From contig CBDCXL010000002.1 of assembly GCA_965223795.1 (NCBI GenBank), positions 3,136,001-3,200,000 on the forward strand: 64,000 nt of DNA, given 5' to 3'. A program made the translations under genes and the position numbers. Source of the DNA: Nitrospinales bacterium (GTDB taxonomy: Bacteria > Nitrospinota > Nitrospinia > Nitrospinales > VA-1). Below are positions 1 through 8,475 of this stretch, piece after piece. The notes beneath the pieces were generated by a model. It worked only from the letters and a program-made list of their open reading frames with translations. It searched no databases and was not told the DNA's origin. Each line of letters begins with the position of its first letter. Position 1 is the first letter of the stretch.

Positions 1-2
1 CT

Positions 3-233
3 GCGCTCGCGCACGCGGTGATGGTTTTGTTCCTGCTGGCGCTTTTGATCTCGCCGCTGCTGGGCGGGGTGTACCTCGCGGGCGTGGCGGGGGTGGCGGC
101 GCTGTTGTGGTACGAGCATTCGCTGGTCAAAGCGGAGGACCTGTCCAAAGTGAACGTCGCCTTCTTCAACGTCAACGGCATCATCAGCCTGGCGCTCATG
201 ACGCTCGTCATCGTCGACTGCGTGTGGGTGTGA
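3..233 (+). CDS. UbiA-family prenyltransferase (MqnP-like), 3' end, truncated by window edge
   Basis: Hydrophobic ORF open from position 3 with YEHSLV...DLSKVNVAFFNVNG, typical of the C-terminus of UbiA/MqnP; mqnE lies downstream. Confidence 0.75.
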   Translation, partial: ALAHAVMVLFLLALLISPLLGGVYLAGVAGVAALLWYEHSLVKAEDLSKVNVAFFNVNGIISLALMTLVIVDCVWV

Positions 234-283
234 AGCTTTAAAGAAAAAGGCTCGCGCCAAGACGTAAAGCCGCAAAGGATGAA

Positions 284-832
284 ATGGATACAGAATTGAA
301 ATTTGCAGTTGAAGATGTTGAGATGGCATTTAAGCAACTTGAATTTGCAATCAAACTCATGTGTCATTGCGAACTTAGACATTTGGACCAAAAGAAATTT
401 GATTCTGACATAACCATTTTATTGGAAGAGGAAAACATTGGATTCCATGATGGAAGTTTTAGGTCTTACGAAGATTTAATTGAGGCATCTCAGATCAATG
501 TGGGCATTAGCTTTGGCGCATCTGCCATTACATTGGACGCTTTGTTAGAGCAGGCGGGAATTGAACGAAATTCGAAATCTGAGGATCCAAATGATGAGCT
601 TCGCACTCTTATTTACATGGTGAGATGTGCTTTTGCTCATAATATTGCTAAGCCGTGCTGGGAAGTAAAAGCAAAATATCGACGAAAAATTAAACTCATA
701 CTTTGCGGGCGAGAGTATTCTTTGGATTTTTCTGCCTTAAATGGAAAGGACTTTGAATACTCTCATATTGGTGGTTTTGCGAATTGGTATAGGATAAAAG
801 AAAGGGCGATTCAGATGATCAATGAGAATTGA
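284..832 (+). CDS. Hypothetical protein with HEPN-like R-x4-H motif
   Basis: 182-aa AT-rich ORF with AAGGA upstream; motif VRCAFAHN at nt 620-643. Confidence 0.6.
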   Translation: MDTELKFAVEDVEMAFKQLEFAIKLMCHCELRHLDQKKFDSDITILLEEENIGFHDGSFRSYEDLIEASQINVGISFGASAITLDALLEQAGIERNSKSEDPNDELRTLIYMVRCAFAHNIAKPCWEVKAKYRRKIKLILCGREYSLDFSALNGKDFEYSHIGGFANWYRIKERAIQMINEN

Positions 833-858
833 CATTGCATGACTGCATACTATTGAAC

Positions 859-897
859 TTGACATATGCATATAAATAATGCATAATCATGCATATG
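859..897 (+). promoter_or_regulatory. Sigma70-type promoter of vapBC with overlapping inverted-repeat operator
   Basis: TTGACA (859-864), 17 nt, CATAAT (882-887); CATATGCAT (863-871) and ATGCATATG (889-897) are reverse complements. Confidence 0.65.
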
Positions 898-1086
898 AGA
901 ACGACGCTCATCATTGACGACGATCTGCTGAAACACGCCGCGAGGCTGACGGGGGTTTCCCAGAAAACCTCTCTCGTGCGCATGGGCTTGCAAGCTCTGA
1001 TTGCGAAGGAAAGCGCCAGACGGCTGGCGGAACTCGGTGGGTCGGAAAAATCCCTTCGCCCGGTGCCGCGGCGAAAAGCCCGTTGA
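895..1086 (+). CDS. vapB: VapB-family antitoxin
   Basis: MRTTLIIDDDLL N-terminus typical of VapB antitoxins; directly upstream of a PIN toxin; start at 895 or 889. Confidence 0.85.
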   Translation: MRTTLIIDDDLLKHAARLTGVSQKTSLVRMGLQALIAKESARRLAELGGSEKSLRPVPRRKAR

Positions 1087-1089
1087 CGT

Positions 1090-1449
1090 ATGGTTCTGGT
1101 CGATACCTCTGTCTGGGTCGAGCATTTCCGCAAGAGCAATCCGCAATTGACGGAATTGCTTAAGGAGGAGCGTGTGGCCTGCCATCCGTTCGTCATCGGC
1201 GAACTGGCCTGCGGCAACCTGAAAAACCGCCAGGAGATATTGTCTCTGCTGCAATCGCTTCCCCGCTCCGAAATGGTGGAGGATGGGGAAGTCCTGTCGT
1301 TCATCGAAAACAAAAGCTTGGCGGGTGCCGGCGTGGGGTGGGTGGACGTGCATCTGCTGGCGTCTGCTGTGTTGACGCGAATTCCGCTCTGGACCGCCGA
1401 CAAGTCCCTGCAAAAAGCCTCCATAAACTTGAGAATTCAATACCCTTGA
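1090..1449 (+). CDS. vapC: VapC PIN-domain ribonuclease toxin
   Basis: VLVDTSVW, GELACG, VDVHLLASA and LWTADK PIN motifs. Confidence 0.9.
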   Translation: MVLVDTSVWVEHFRKSNPQLTELLKEERVACHPFVIGELACGNLKNRQEILSLLQSLPRSEMVEDGEVLSFIENKSLAGAGVGWVDVHLLASAVLTRIPLWTADKSLQKASINLRIQYP

Positions 1450-1559
1450 CAGAAAACCAGCTCCCTTCATCTTTTTGATGCCGGTTATTTCCAACTTTGC
1501 CTTGCGGCTGGAATTTCAGGTATAATCGGCGATTATTCTAATTACACGGGATTGCGAAT

Positions 1560-2660
1560 ATGTTGTTTGAATTTCAGGATGCGGCGCTCGCGCCTCTGGA
1601 AGCGAAGGTGAGGGCGGGGGAGCGGCTCTCGTTTGAGGAAGGCGTGCTTTTGTGGAAGAGTTTCGACCTGCTGGGCGTGGGGTATCTCGCCAACATCGCG
1701 CGCGAGGCGCGCCACGGCGACGACACGTACTTCATCCACAACCGGCACATCAACCCGACCAACATCTGCATCCACAGCTGCCGCTTCTGCGCCTTCGGCG
1801 TGAAGGCGGACGATCCCACGGCCTACGAAAAATCGCTCGAAGAGATCTTCACCGACGCGGAGCAGTACCGCAGCGGCAAGGTGAGCGAGTTTCACATCGT
1901 CGGCGGCCTGCACCCGGAGCTGCCGTTTGAGTATTACGAAAACATGCTGATCGGCCTCAAGGAACGCTTCCCGAAGGTGCACATCCAGGCGTTCACGGCG
2001 GTGGAGCTGGGCTACCTGGCCGAGCTGGCGGGCCTGCCTTTGAGAGACACGCTGGTGCGGCTCAAGGAAGCGGGGCTGGGCTCGATCCCCGGCGGCGGCG
2101 CGGAGGTTTTCTCGGAGCGTGTGCGCAAGAAGATCTGCGGCGAGAAGACAACGGGCGGCGAGTGGCTGCACATCCACCGCACGGTGCACGAGGTCGGCAT
2201 GAAGAGCAACGCCACGATGCTGTACGGCCACATCGAAACGCCGGAGGAACGCACCGACCACCTGATTCAACTGCGCGAGCTGCAGGATGCCGCGCCGGGG
2301 TTTCTCACGTTCATCCCGCTGGCGTTTCATCCGGAGAACACGCGCCTCAGCCACCTGCACACCACGCCGGGCCAGCTCGACCTGCGGGCGCTCGCGGTCT
2401 CGCGGCTGATGCTCGACAATTTCCCGCACATCAAGGCGTTCTGGATCATGATCACGCCCAACATCGCGCAGCTCTCGCAGTCCTTCGGCGCCAACGACAT
2501 GGACGGCACGGTGGTGGAGGAGAAGATCATCCACGCGGCGGGCGCGGCGACGGAACAGATCTTTCAGCGCAACATCATCGTGGAGATGATCTGCGAGGCG
2601 GGCCGCCGACCGATGGAACGCGACACGCTCTACGAAGACACGCACGAATGCCTGGTATGA
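1560..2660 (+). CDS. mqnE: Aminodeoxyfutalosine synthase (radical SAM)
   Basis: CxxxCxxC (CIHSCRFC), HIVGGLHP, PGGGAE, NATMLYGHIE, FIPLAFHPENT, HIKAFW, DGTVVEEKI. Confidence 0.9.
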   Translation: MLFEFQDAALAPLEAKVRAGERLSFEEGVLLWKSFDLLGVGYLANIAREARHGDDTYFIHNRHINPTNICIHSCRFCAFGVKADDPTAYEKSLEEIFTDAEQYRSGKVSEFHIVGGLHPELPFEYYENMLIGLKERFPKVHIQAFTAVELGYLAELAGLPLRDTLVRLKEAGLGSIPGGGAEVFSERVRKKICGEKTTGGEWLHIHRTVHEVGMKSNATMLYGHIETPEERTDHLIQLRELQDAAPGFLTFIPLAFHPENTRLSHLHTTPGQLDLRALAVSRLMLDNFPHIKAFWIMITPNIAQLSQSFGANDMDGTVVEEKIIHAAGAATEQIFQRNIIVEMICEAGRRPMERDTLYEDTHECLV

Positions 2661-2718
2661 CCGGGCGTCCTGACTTTCCCCCCATCCCTAAAATACTTTG
2701 AAGCGGCCGCGGGCCGTG

Positions 2719-3354
2719 TCAGACGCCGGGGCTCTGCTCTGAGTCTCTGCGCAGTTCCGCCAGCGACCGGCCGATCACGGAAAACGCGGTCCTCAGAAAT
2801 ATCGCCGCGATCATCGCGCCCACAATGATGTCGGGAAACGCCGATCCGGTGAAATGCACGCCCGCCGCGGCGAGCAGCACGCCGGCGTTGCCGATGACGT
2901 CGTTGCGCGAGCACAGCCACACCGATTCCATGTTCAGGTTGTCGTTGCGGTGCGGCGTCAGGCTGTACAGGCAATAGCCGTTGACCGCCAGCGCCAGCAG
3001 GGCGACGCCCGCCATGATCCCGCCCGCGGGTGCGCCGCCGTGCAGGATCTTTGCGATCACTTCAAGCAAAACGCCGACGCCGAAAACCGCCTGGATGCTT
3101 CCTTTCGCAAGGGCCGCGCCGCTTTGCCAGCGCACGCTGCGCGACAGGGCGTACAGGCTGATGCCGTAGGTCAGCGCGTCGCCCAGCATGTCGAGAGAAT
3201 CCGCCAGCAGAGCGGACGAATCCGCCCACCATCCCGCCGTGAATTCCAGCAGGAACATCGCCGCATTGATCCACAGCACTTGCACCAGCACAATCCGCTG
3301 CCGTCCCTTGAGCAGGGCGGGATCGTGAGGAAGGTTGTCGCAGCATCCGCTCAT
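2719..3354 (-). CDS. Short cation diffusion facilitator (Co/Zn/Cd transporter) lacking the cytosolic C-terminal domain
   Basis: SSALLADSLDMLGDA and WLCSRND motifs; multiple TM segments. Confidence 0.85.
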   Translation of the reverse strand: MSGCCDNLPHDPALLKGRQRIVLVQVLWINAAMFLLEFTAGWWADSSALLADSLDMLGDALTYGISLYALSRSVRWQSGAALAKGSIQAVFGVGVLLEVIAKILHGGAPAGGIMAGVALLALAVNGYCLYSLTPHRNDNLNMESVWLCSRNDVIGNAGVLLAAAGVHFTGSAFPDIIVGAMIAAIFLRTAFSVIGRSLAELRRDSEQSPGV

Positions 3355-3619
3355 GGCCGCTCCGGCGTTGAAGTGAAATCCCCATTGTACCCGTTTCCTG
3401 CAAAACGAGGCGTGGATGAAATGCCCGTCCCTGAAAGAGAGATTTGGGGCTGTCCCGCGCTGCGAATTTTAAGCCCGGCTTGAGCGGAAACCCGGCTCCG
3501 GGGAGCAGAACTGCGGAATTTCCGCGTGTTATTTTCCCGCTTCGCTACCGGGATTTTTCGTCCCTGGGACGATTCGAATTCCGGGAAAAACCGGTCCTCC
3601 GGGCTTTCGAGAATTTGGG

Positions 3620-3648
3620 TTGACAAAGTTACATTAGCAGTTTAAATA
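3620..3648 (+). promoter_or_regulatory. Candidate sigma70 promoter upstream of cheY
   Basis: Perfect TTGACA at 3620-3625 followed by an AT-rich, imperfect -10 region. Confidence 0.35.
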
Positions 3649-3804
3649 TATAGATATAGCGAAAATAAACTATTTATAACCAATGGGTTACGGATGGTGT
3701 TGGCGTTTCTCTCATGGGTCCTCTCGCGGATCCCTGCCTGAAGCCTGCCGGGATCCCATTCTGTGAAAACCAATCCCAAATGACATCAACGAGGGGGTGC
3801 CGGT

Positions 3805-4182
3805 ATGAGCTATGAAGGAAAGAAGGTTTTGGTCGTGGACGATTCTTCCGTGATGCGGCAGATCATCAAGAAAAATCTGAAGGAACTCGGTTTCGGTGAC
3901 ATCAGCGACGCGGAAGACGGCGCCGCCGGTCTGAAAAAACTGGGGGAAGGTGCGATCGATCTTGTGGTCTCGGACTGGAACATGCCCAAGATGACCGGCA
4001 TCGAGTTTCTGAAAGCCGTGCGTGCGGACGCCAATCTCAAAGGCACCAACTTCCTCATGGTGACCTCGGAGGCGGACAAGGAAAAAATCATGGAAGCGGT
4101 GGAAGCCGGTGTCAACCAGTACATCGTGAAGCCCTTCAATGCCAATCAGCTGGAAGAAAAAATCCAGGCCATTTTCAAATAA
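3805..4182 (+). CDS. cheY: Chemotaxis response regulator CheY
   Basis: VLVVDD, SDWNMP, MVT and YIVKPF receiver motifs; single domain. Confidence 0.92.
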   Translation: MSYEGKKVLVVDDSSVMRQIIKKNLKELGFGDISDAEDGAAGLKKLGEGAIDLVVSDWNMPKMTGIEFLKAVRADANLKGTNFLMVTSEADKEKIMEAVEAGVNQYIVKPFNANQLEEKIQAIFK

Positions 4183-4492
4183 ACCGGCCGCCTGTCTGTT
4201 CGCGGCGGATCACCGGTTGCGGAACGAACCGGGCTCTGTGCGCCGCTTTCGTGTTGCCCGCATTTGCGCTCTCTGCACAGGTTTTTGTCTTAGCTTGGTG
4301 TGGATCGCGATGGGCAGCCGATGCGGACTTGAAAACAGGTGCATATCGGCAATATAAATTTACATTGACTGTTTTTTCAATATTGATTTATAATTGAAAT
4401 ATTGTGGGTTAAGTGATTCTTTGCACAAAAATATTTAGGATCAGGGATATTTTTGGTGAAGGAAGACGAGGCCGAAACCAAACGGGGTTGAT

Positions 4493-5011
4493 ATGAAAGC
4501 AACGGAATTGCAGGGTAAGGAAATGCCTTCGGTGCTCACCACTTGTGTGAGAGATTCGGTCTCATCGATTTTTGGAACCATCATCGGTGTGACGCCGGAA
4601 TTTGACGGAGATGAAGAGGACCGGAATGTCGGCGACGGCGTCGTGGGGATCATCTCTTTCGTGGGAGATGTTTCCTGGCTTCTGATGCTGGCTTTGCCGA
4701 GGCAGTCTGCATGCAACATCGCTTCCAGTTTCTGCGGGTTTGAAATCGAATACGACAGTCCCGACATGGGCGACGTGGTCGGAGAACTGGCCAACGTCCT
4801 GGCCGGGGACATCGTGGCGCGCCTGGCTCAGGACGATCTCAAAGTGGCGATGTCTTTGCCGACCATCATGCGCGGGAAAGATGTCGAGCCGCTGCTGCCG
4901 CGCGGGCTTCCCCACAAGAAAATGCACTACTCCATGGAGCAGGGTGAATTCATGATCAAAATGGCCGTGGCCGGTCAGGAAGACACCCTCGGGCGCAAGC
5001 CCGGAACCTGA
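4493..5011 (+). CDS. cheX: CheX-family CheY-P phosphatase
   Basis: GIISFVGD and DVVGELANVLAG (ExxN) motifs; between cheY and cheA. Confidence 0.85.
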   Translation: MKATELQGKEMPSVLTTCVRDSVSSIFGTIIGVTPEFDGDEEDRNVGDGVVGIISFVGDVSWLLMLALPRQSACNIASSFCGFEIEYDSPDMGDVVGELANVLAGDIVARLAQDDLKVAMSLPTIMRGKDVEPLLPRGLPHKKMHYSMEQGEFMIKMAVAGQEDTLGRKPGT

Positions 5012-5120
5012 GCTTCGGGTTCCGCCCCGGGAAACACTCTATGGGCTGTTGAATGCCGAAACGCCAGCGGATTCTCTTTCCTGAATGTGTGCCCTTAAAT
5101 CCCGGGTACCGTGATGCAGG

Positions 5121-7943
5121 ATGGAGACCGGAATGAAAAAGGACGCAAACGCGAGTCCCGATTCGAGCCCGAATCCGGATGCGGAGCCCATTGCGCCGGA
5201 CATGACACCCGATGCGGTGCGCGAGGCCGGGAGCCCATCCGATTCTTCCAGAGAGGAAACCGACGGTATGGATGAAGTCATCAATGAATTTCTCGTGGAA
5301 AGTTATGAGAATCTGGATCAGCTCGATCAGGACCTGGTCGACCTGGAACAAAACCCCACCGAAAAAAGTCTGCTAGCCAGCATCTTCCGCACCATCCACA
5401 CCATCAAAGGCACCTGTGGTTTCATCGGATTTTCCAAGCTCGAGTCTGTCGCCCACGTTGGGGAGAACCTGCTCAGCAAGCTGCGGGACGGCGAACTGTC
5501 GCTCAACCCGCCCATCACCAGCGCATTGCTGGCCATGGTCGATGCGATCCGGCAGATCCTTTCCTGCATCGAAAGCAGCCAGAACGAAGGCGATGTGGAT
5601 TACTCGGAACTGATCGGCACGTTGACCACCCTGCAGAAAGGAGAAAGCGCCGAGGTGGCGGTTCCTGCCGCACCGGCAAGCGCGGCAGCGGACACGCAGC
5701 CCGCCGGGGCTTCCCCGGAGGAGGAGGGAGCGTCGGTGTACGAAAGCATGGGAGGCGGGGACAAGGTCGAATCGATCGCCGACGTTCTCTACTCGATGGT
5801 GCTGGCGGACACGCGCATCAAGGACCTGTTCGAGGGTGTGGCGCTCGGGCCGCTCAAAAGCATCCACCGCGAGCTGTTCACCCACACGCTGGGCGGATCG
5901 GCCGATTTTTCCATGAAGAAATACGCGGACTCGCACAAATTTCTGATCGACAAGGGGATGAACGCAACCCATTTCGACGCGATGGTGGAAAACATCGGAG
6001 CGACGCTGAAGGTCCTGGATGTTCCCGAAAACGCCATCCGCAAAACGGTGGAAACCGTCGACCTGATTCGCGCGCAGATGTGGCCGCCGGATTCCGAAGC
6101 GGAAGCGCCGGCACCTGTCGAGGAAGCGCCGACAGCCCCGGATACTGCGGAAGTGCCTGAAGTTTCTGAAAGCGCGAAAACGGCGGAAACGGCTGTGGCC
6201 GCTCAGGGCGACGAAAGCGTCGATAAATCCGGCGCGGCGGCGGCCCGTCAGGAAGGGCGCGCGGTGGCGGAGGCCAGCATCCGTGTGGATGTGGATCTTC
6301 TGGACCGTCTGATGAACCTGGTCGGGGAGCTGGTGCTGGCGCGCAATCAGATTCTGCAGTTCACGCCCAAAGAGCAGGATTCCACGTTCACGGCCACGAC
6401 CCAGCATCTCAATCTGGTGACCACCGAGCTGCAGGAAGGGGTGATGAAGACCCGGATGCAGCCGATCGGCAACATCTGGAACAAATTCCCCAGGGTGGTG
6501 CGGGACCTCGCGATTTCCTGCGGCAAAAAAGTCCGCCTGGAAATGGAGGGGAAAGAGACCGAACTGGACAAAACCCTGATCGAGGCGATCAAGGACCCGC
6601 TCACGCACATCGTGCGCAATTCGGTGGACCACGGCATCGAAACGCCGGAGGTCCGCAAGGCGGCCGGAAAAGACGAAGAAGGCGTGCTGAAACTGCGCGC
6701 CTACCACGAGGGCGGTCAGGTCAATGTCGAGATCATCGATGACGGCGGCGGCATCGACCCGGAAAAACTGAAAAAGAAAGCCATCGAGAAGAACGTCATC
6801 ACGCCGGAAAAAGCGGCGCGCATGAGCGACCGCGAGGTGGTCAATCTGATCTTCGCCGCCGGGTTTTCTACCGCCGCGAAGGTGACCAACGTCTCCGGCC
6901 GCGGCGTCGGCATGGACGTGGTGAAAACCAATATCGAGAAGATCGGCGGCACCGTGGACGTGCAGAGCCAGAAAGGCCACGGCACCACGCTGAAGGTGAA
7001 AATCCCGCTGACCCTGGCGATCATACCGGCGCTCACGGTGATGACCGGCGGCGATCGCTATGCCATCCCGCAGGTGAACCTGCTGGAACTGGTTCGCCTG
7101 GACGGGCAGGACGCGAAAAACGCCGTCGAGATGATTCAGGGAACCCCGGTGTACCGGCTGCGGGGCAATCTGCTGCCGCTGGTTTATCTGAACGATCAGC
7201 TCAAAGTGGAGCGCAAGGAAAACAACGATGCGGTGAACATCGTGGTGCTGCAGGCGGACGACCGCCAGTTCGGTCTGGTGGTCGAAGGCGTCAACGATAC
7301 GGAGGAGATCGTCGTCAAGCCGCTCGGCAAACAGATGAAGGGCATTCCCGCCTTCGCGGGAGCCACGATCATGGGCGACGGCAAGGTGGCCCTGATCCTC
7401 GATGTGATGGGCCTGGCCCAGTCGGCGCGGGTGGTCACGGAGACGCACGAGCGGAACATCGACGACGGCCAGGATAAATCCCGCAACACCGACCGGGAGC
7501 GTCATTCCTATCTCATCTTCGGTCTGGGAGAAGACGGCCGCATGGCCATCCCGCTTTCCATCGTGGCGCGTCTGGAGGAATTCGCCCGCCAGGATCTGGA
7601 GTATTCCGGAGATCAGGAAGTGGTGCAGTACCGGGGCGAGATCATGCCGCTCATTTTCCTGTCCCGGATCTTTGGCGAAGAGATTTCAGAAGGCACCGCG
7701 GGCGTGAAAGAAACGATGCAGGCCGTGGTGTATACCCATAACGGCAAAAGCGTGGCCCTGGTCGCCGACCGGATAGTGGACATCGTGGAGGAGACGGTGA
7801 CCGTCAAGCGGAATTCCCGCCGTCACGGAACGGTAGGAACCGTGGTGCTGCAGGGCAAGGTCACGGACCTGTTGGATGCGGAAGGGATCGTGAAAGAGCA
7901 CGATCCCTCTTTTTACGAAGAACCGGCAATGATCCCGGCTTAA
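5121..7943 (+). CDS. cheA: Chemotaxis histidine kinase CheA: Hpt - truncated globin - dimerisation - HATPase - two CheW-like domains
   Basis: IFRTIHTIKG (Hpt), SIRVDVDLLDRLMNLVGELV, RNSVDHG, DDGGG, SGRGVGMDVV; start may be 5121, 5133 or 5268. Confidence 0.93.
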   Translation: METGMKKDANASPDSSPNPDAEPIAPDMTPDAVREAGSPSDSSREETDGMDEVINEFLVESYENLDQLDQDLVDLEQNPTEKSLLASIFRTIHTIKGTCGFIGFSKLESVAHVGENLLSKLRDGELSLNPPITSALLAMVDAIRQILSCIESSQNEGDVDYSELIGTLTTLQKGESAEVAVPAAPASAAADTQPAGASPEEEGASVYESMGGGDKVESIADVLYSMVLADTRIKDLFEGVALGPLKSIHRELFTHTLGGSADFSMKKYADSHKFLIDKGMNATHFDAMVENIGATLKVLDVPENAIRKTVETVDLIRAQMWPPDSEAEAPAPVEEAPTAPDTAEVPEVSESAKTAETAVAAQGDESVDKSGAAAARQEGRAVAEASIRVDVDLLDRLMNLVGELVLARNQILQFTPKEQDSTFTATTQHLNLVTTELQEGVMKTRMQPIGNIWNKFPRVVRDLAISCGKKVRLEMEGKETELDKTLIEAIKDPLTHIVRNSVDHGIETPEVRKAAGKDEEGVLKLRAYHEGGQVNVEIIDDGGGIDPEKLKKKAIEKNVITPEKAARMSDREVVNLIFAAGFSTAAKVTNVSGRGVGMDVVKTNIEKIGGTVDVQSQKGHGTTLKVKIPLTLAIIPALTVMTGGDRYAIPQVNLLELVRLDGQDAKNAVEMIQGTPVYRLRGNLLPLVYLNDQLKVERKENNDAVNIVVLQADDRQFGLVVEGVNDTEEIVVKPLGKQMKGIPAFAGATIMGDGKVALILDVMGLAQSARVVTETHERNIDDGQDKSRNTDRERHSYLIFGLGEDGRMAIPLSIVARLEEFARQDLEYSGDQEVVQYRGEIMPLIFLSRIFGEEISEGTAGVKETMQAVVYTHNGKSVALVADRIVDIVEETVTVKRNSRRHGTVGTVVLQGKVTDLLDAEGIVKEHDPSFYEEPAMIPA
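5733..6080 (+). other. Group I truncated (2/2) haemoglobin-like domain inside CheA
   Basis: SVYESMGG...LYSMVLADTRIKDLF...LFTHTLGG...DSHKFL...HFDAMVENIGATLKVLDVPE follows the trHbN/GlbN pattern. Confidence 0.82.
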
Positions 7944-7959
7944 AAGAGGGCATTGATTC

Positions 7960-8433
7960 ATGGCGGAAAGCAAACAGTTCTGTACGTTTTATCTGGGGGA
8001 TTTGTTTTTTGGCGTTGAAGTGGAGAAGATTCAGGAGGTCTTCCGCTTTCAGGAAATGACCCACGTGCCGCTGGCGCCGCCGGTGGTCCGCGGCATGATC
8101 AATCTGCGCGGACAGATCATCACCGCCATCGATCTGCGGTGCCGGTTCGAGATGGAAAGCTGGCCGGACGACAAGCGTCCCATGAACGTCGTGGTGCGTA
8201 CGGAAGAGGGCGTCGTCTGTCTGTTGGTGGATGAGATCGGCGATGTGCTGGAAGTTCCCGAAGACAGCTACGAACGGCCGCCGGACACGATGGACGCGGT
8301 GACGCGGGATCTCGTTCTCGGCGTGTACAAACTGGATGGCAGCCTGCTGCTCATTCTGGACACGAAAAAAGCCGTGCATGTGGAATACGGAGACGCCATG
8401 GCCGGAACGGCCGCAGTGGTGGCGGCACCCTGA
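7960..8433 (+). CDS. cheW: Chemotaxis adaptor CheW
   Basis: QFCTF, VPLAP, GMINLRGQIITAIDL, LLVDEIGDV. Confidence 0.93.
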   Translation: MAESKQFCTFYLGDLFFGVEVEKIQEVFRFQEMTHVPLAPPVVRGMINLRGQIITAIDLRCRFEMESWPDDKRPMNVVVRTEEGVVCLLVDEIGDVLEVPEDSYERPPDTMDAVTRDLVLGVYKLDGSLLLILDTKKAVHVEYGDAMAGTAAVVAAP

Positions 8434-8475
8434 CCCACCCGTTTGCGGGCGTTTTTCTGTGCGTGAAGCCGCGGA

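Noticed and set aside
234..1540. Mobile element call for the HEPN-like/vapBC insert
   Set aside because: No transposase, integrase, terminal repeats or target duplication seen; only composition suggests acquisition
3660..3800. Possible c-di-GMP riboswitch upstream of cheY
   Set aside because: GC-rich pairing is possible but I could not match the conserved class I or II elements; an Infernal/Rfam scan would settle it
5373..7505. 710-aa minus-strand ORF and many other long antisense ORFs (e.g. 30829-32346, 41825-43183, 48592-50025)
   Set aside because: Shadow frames of well-supported genes in GC-rich DNA; no recognisable motifs
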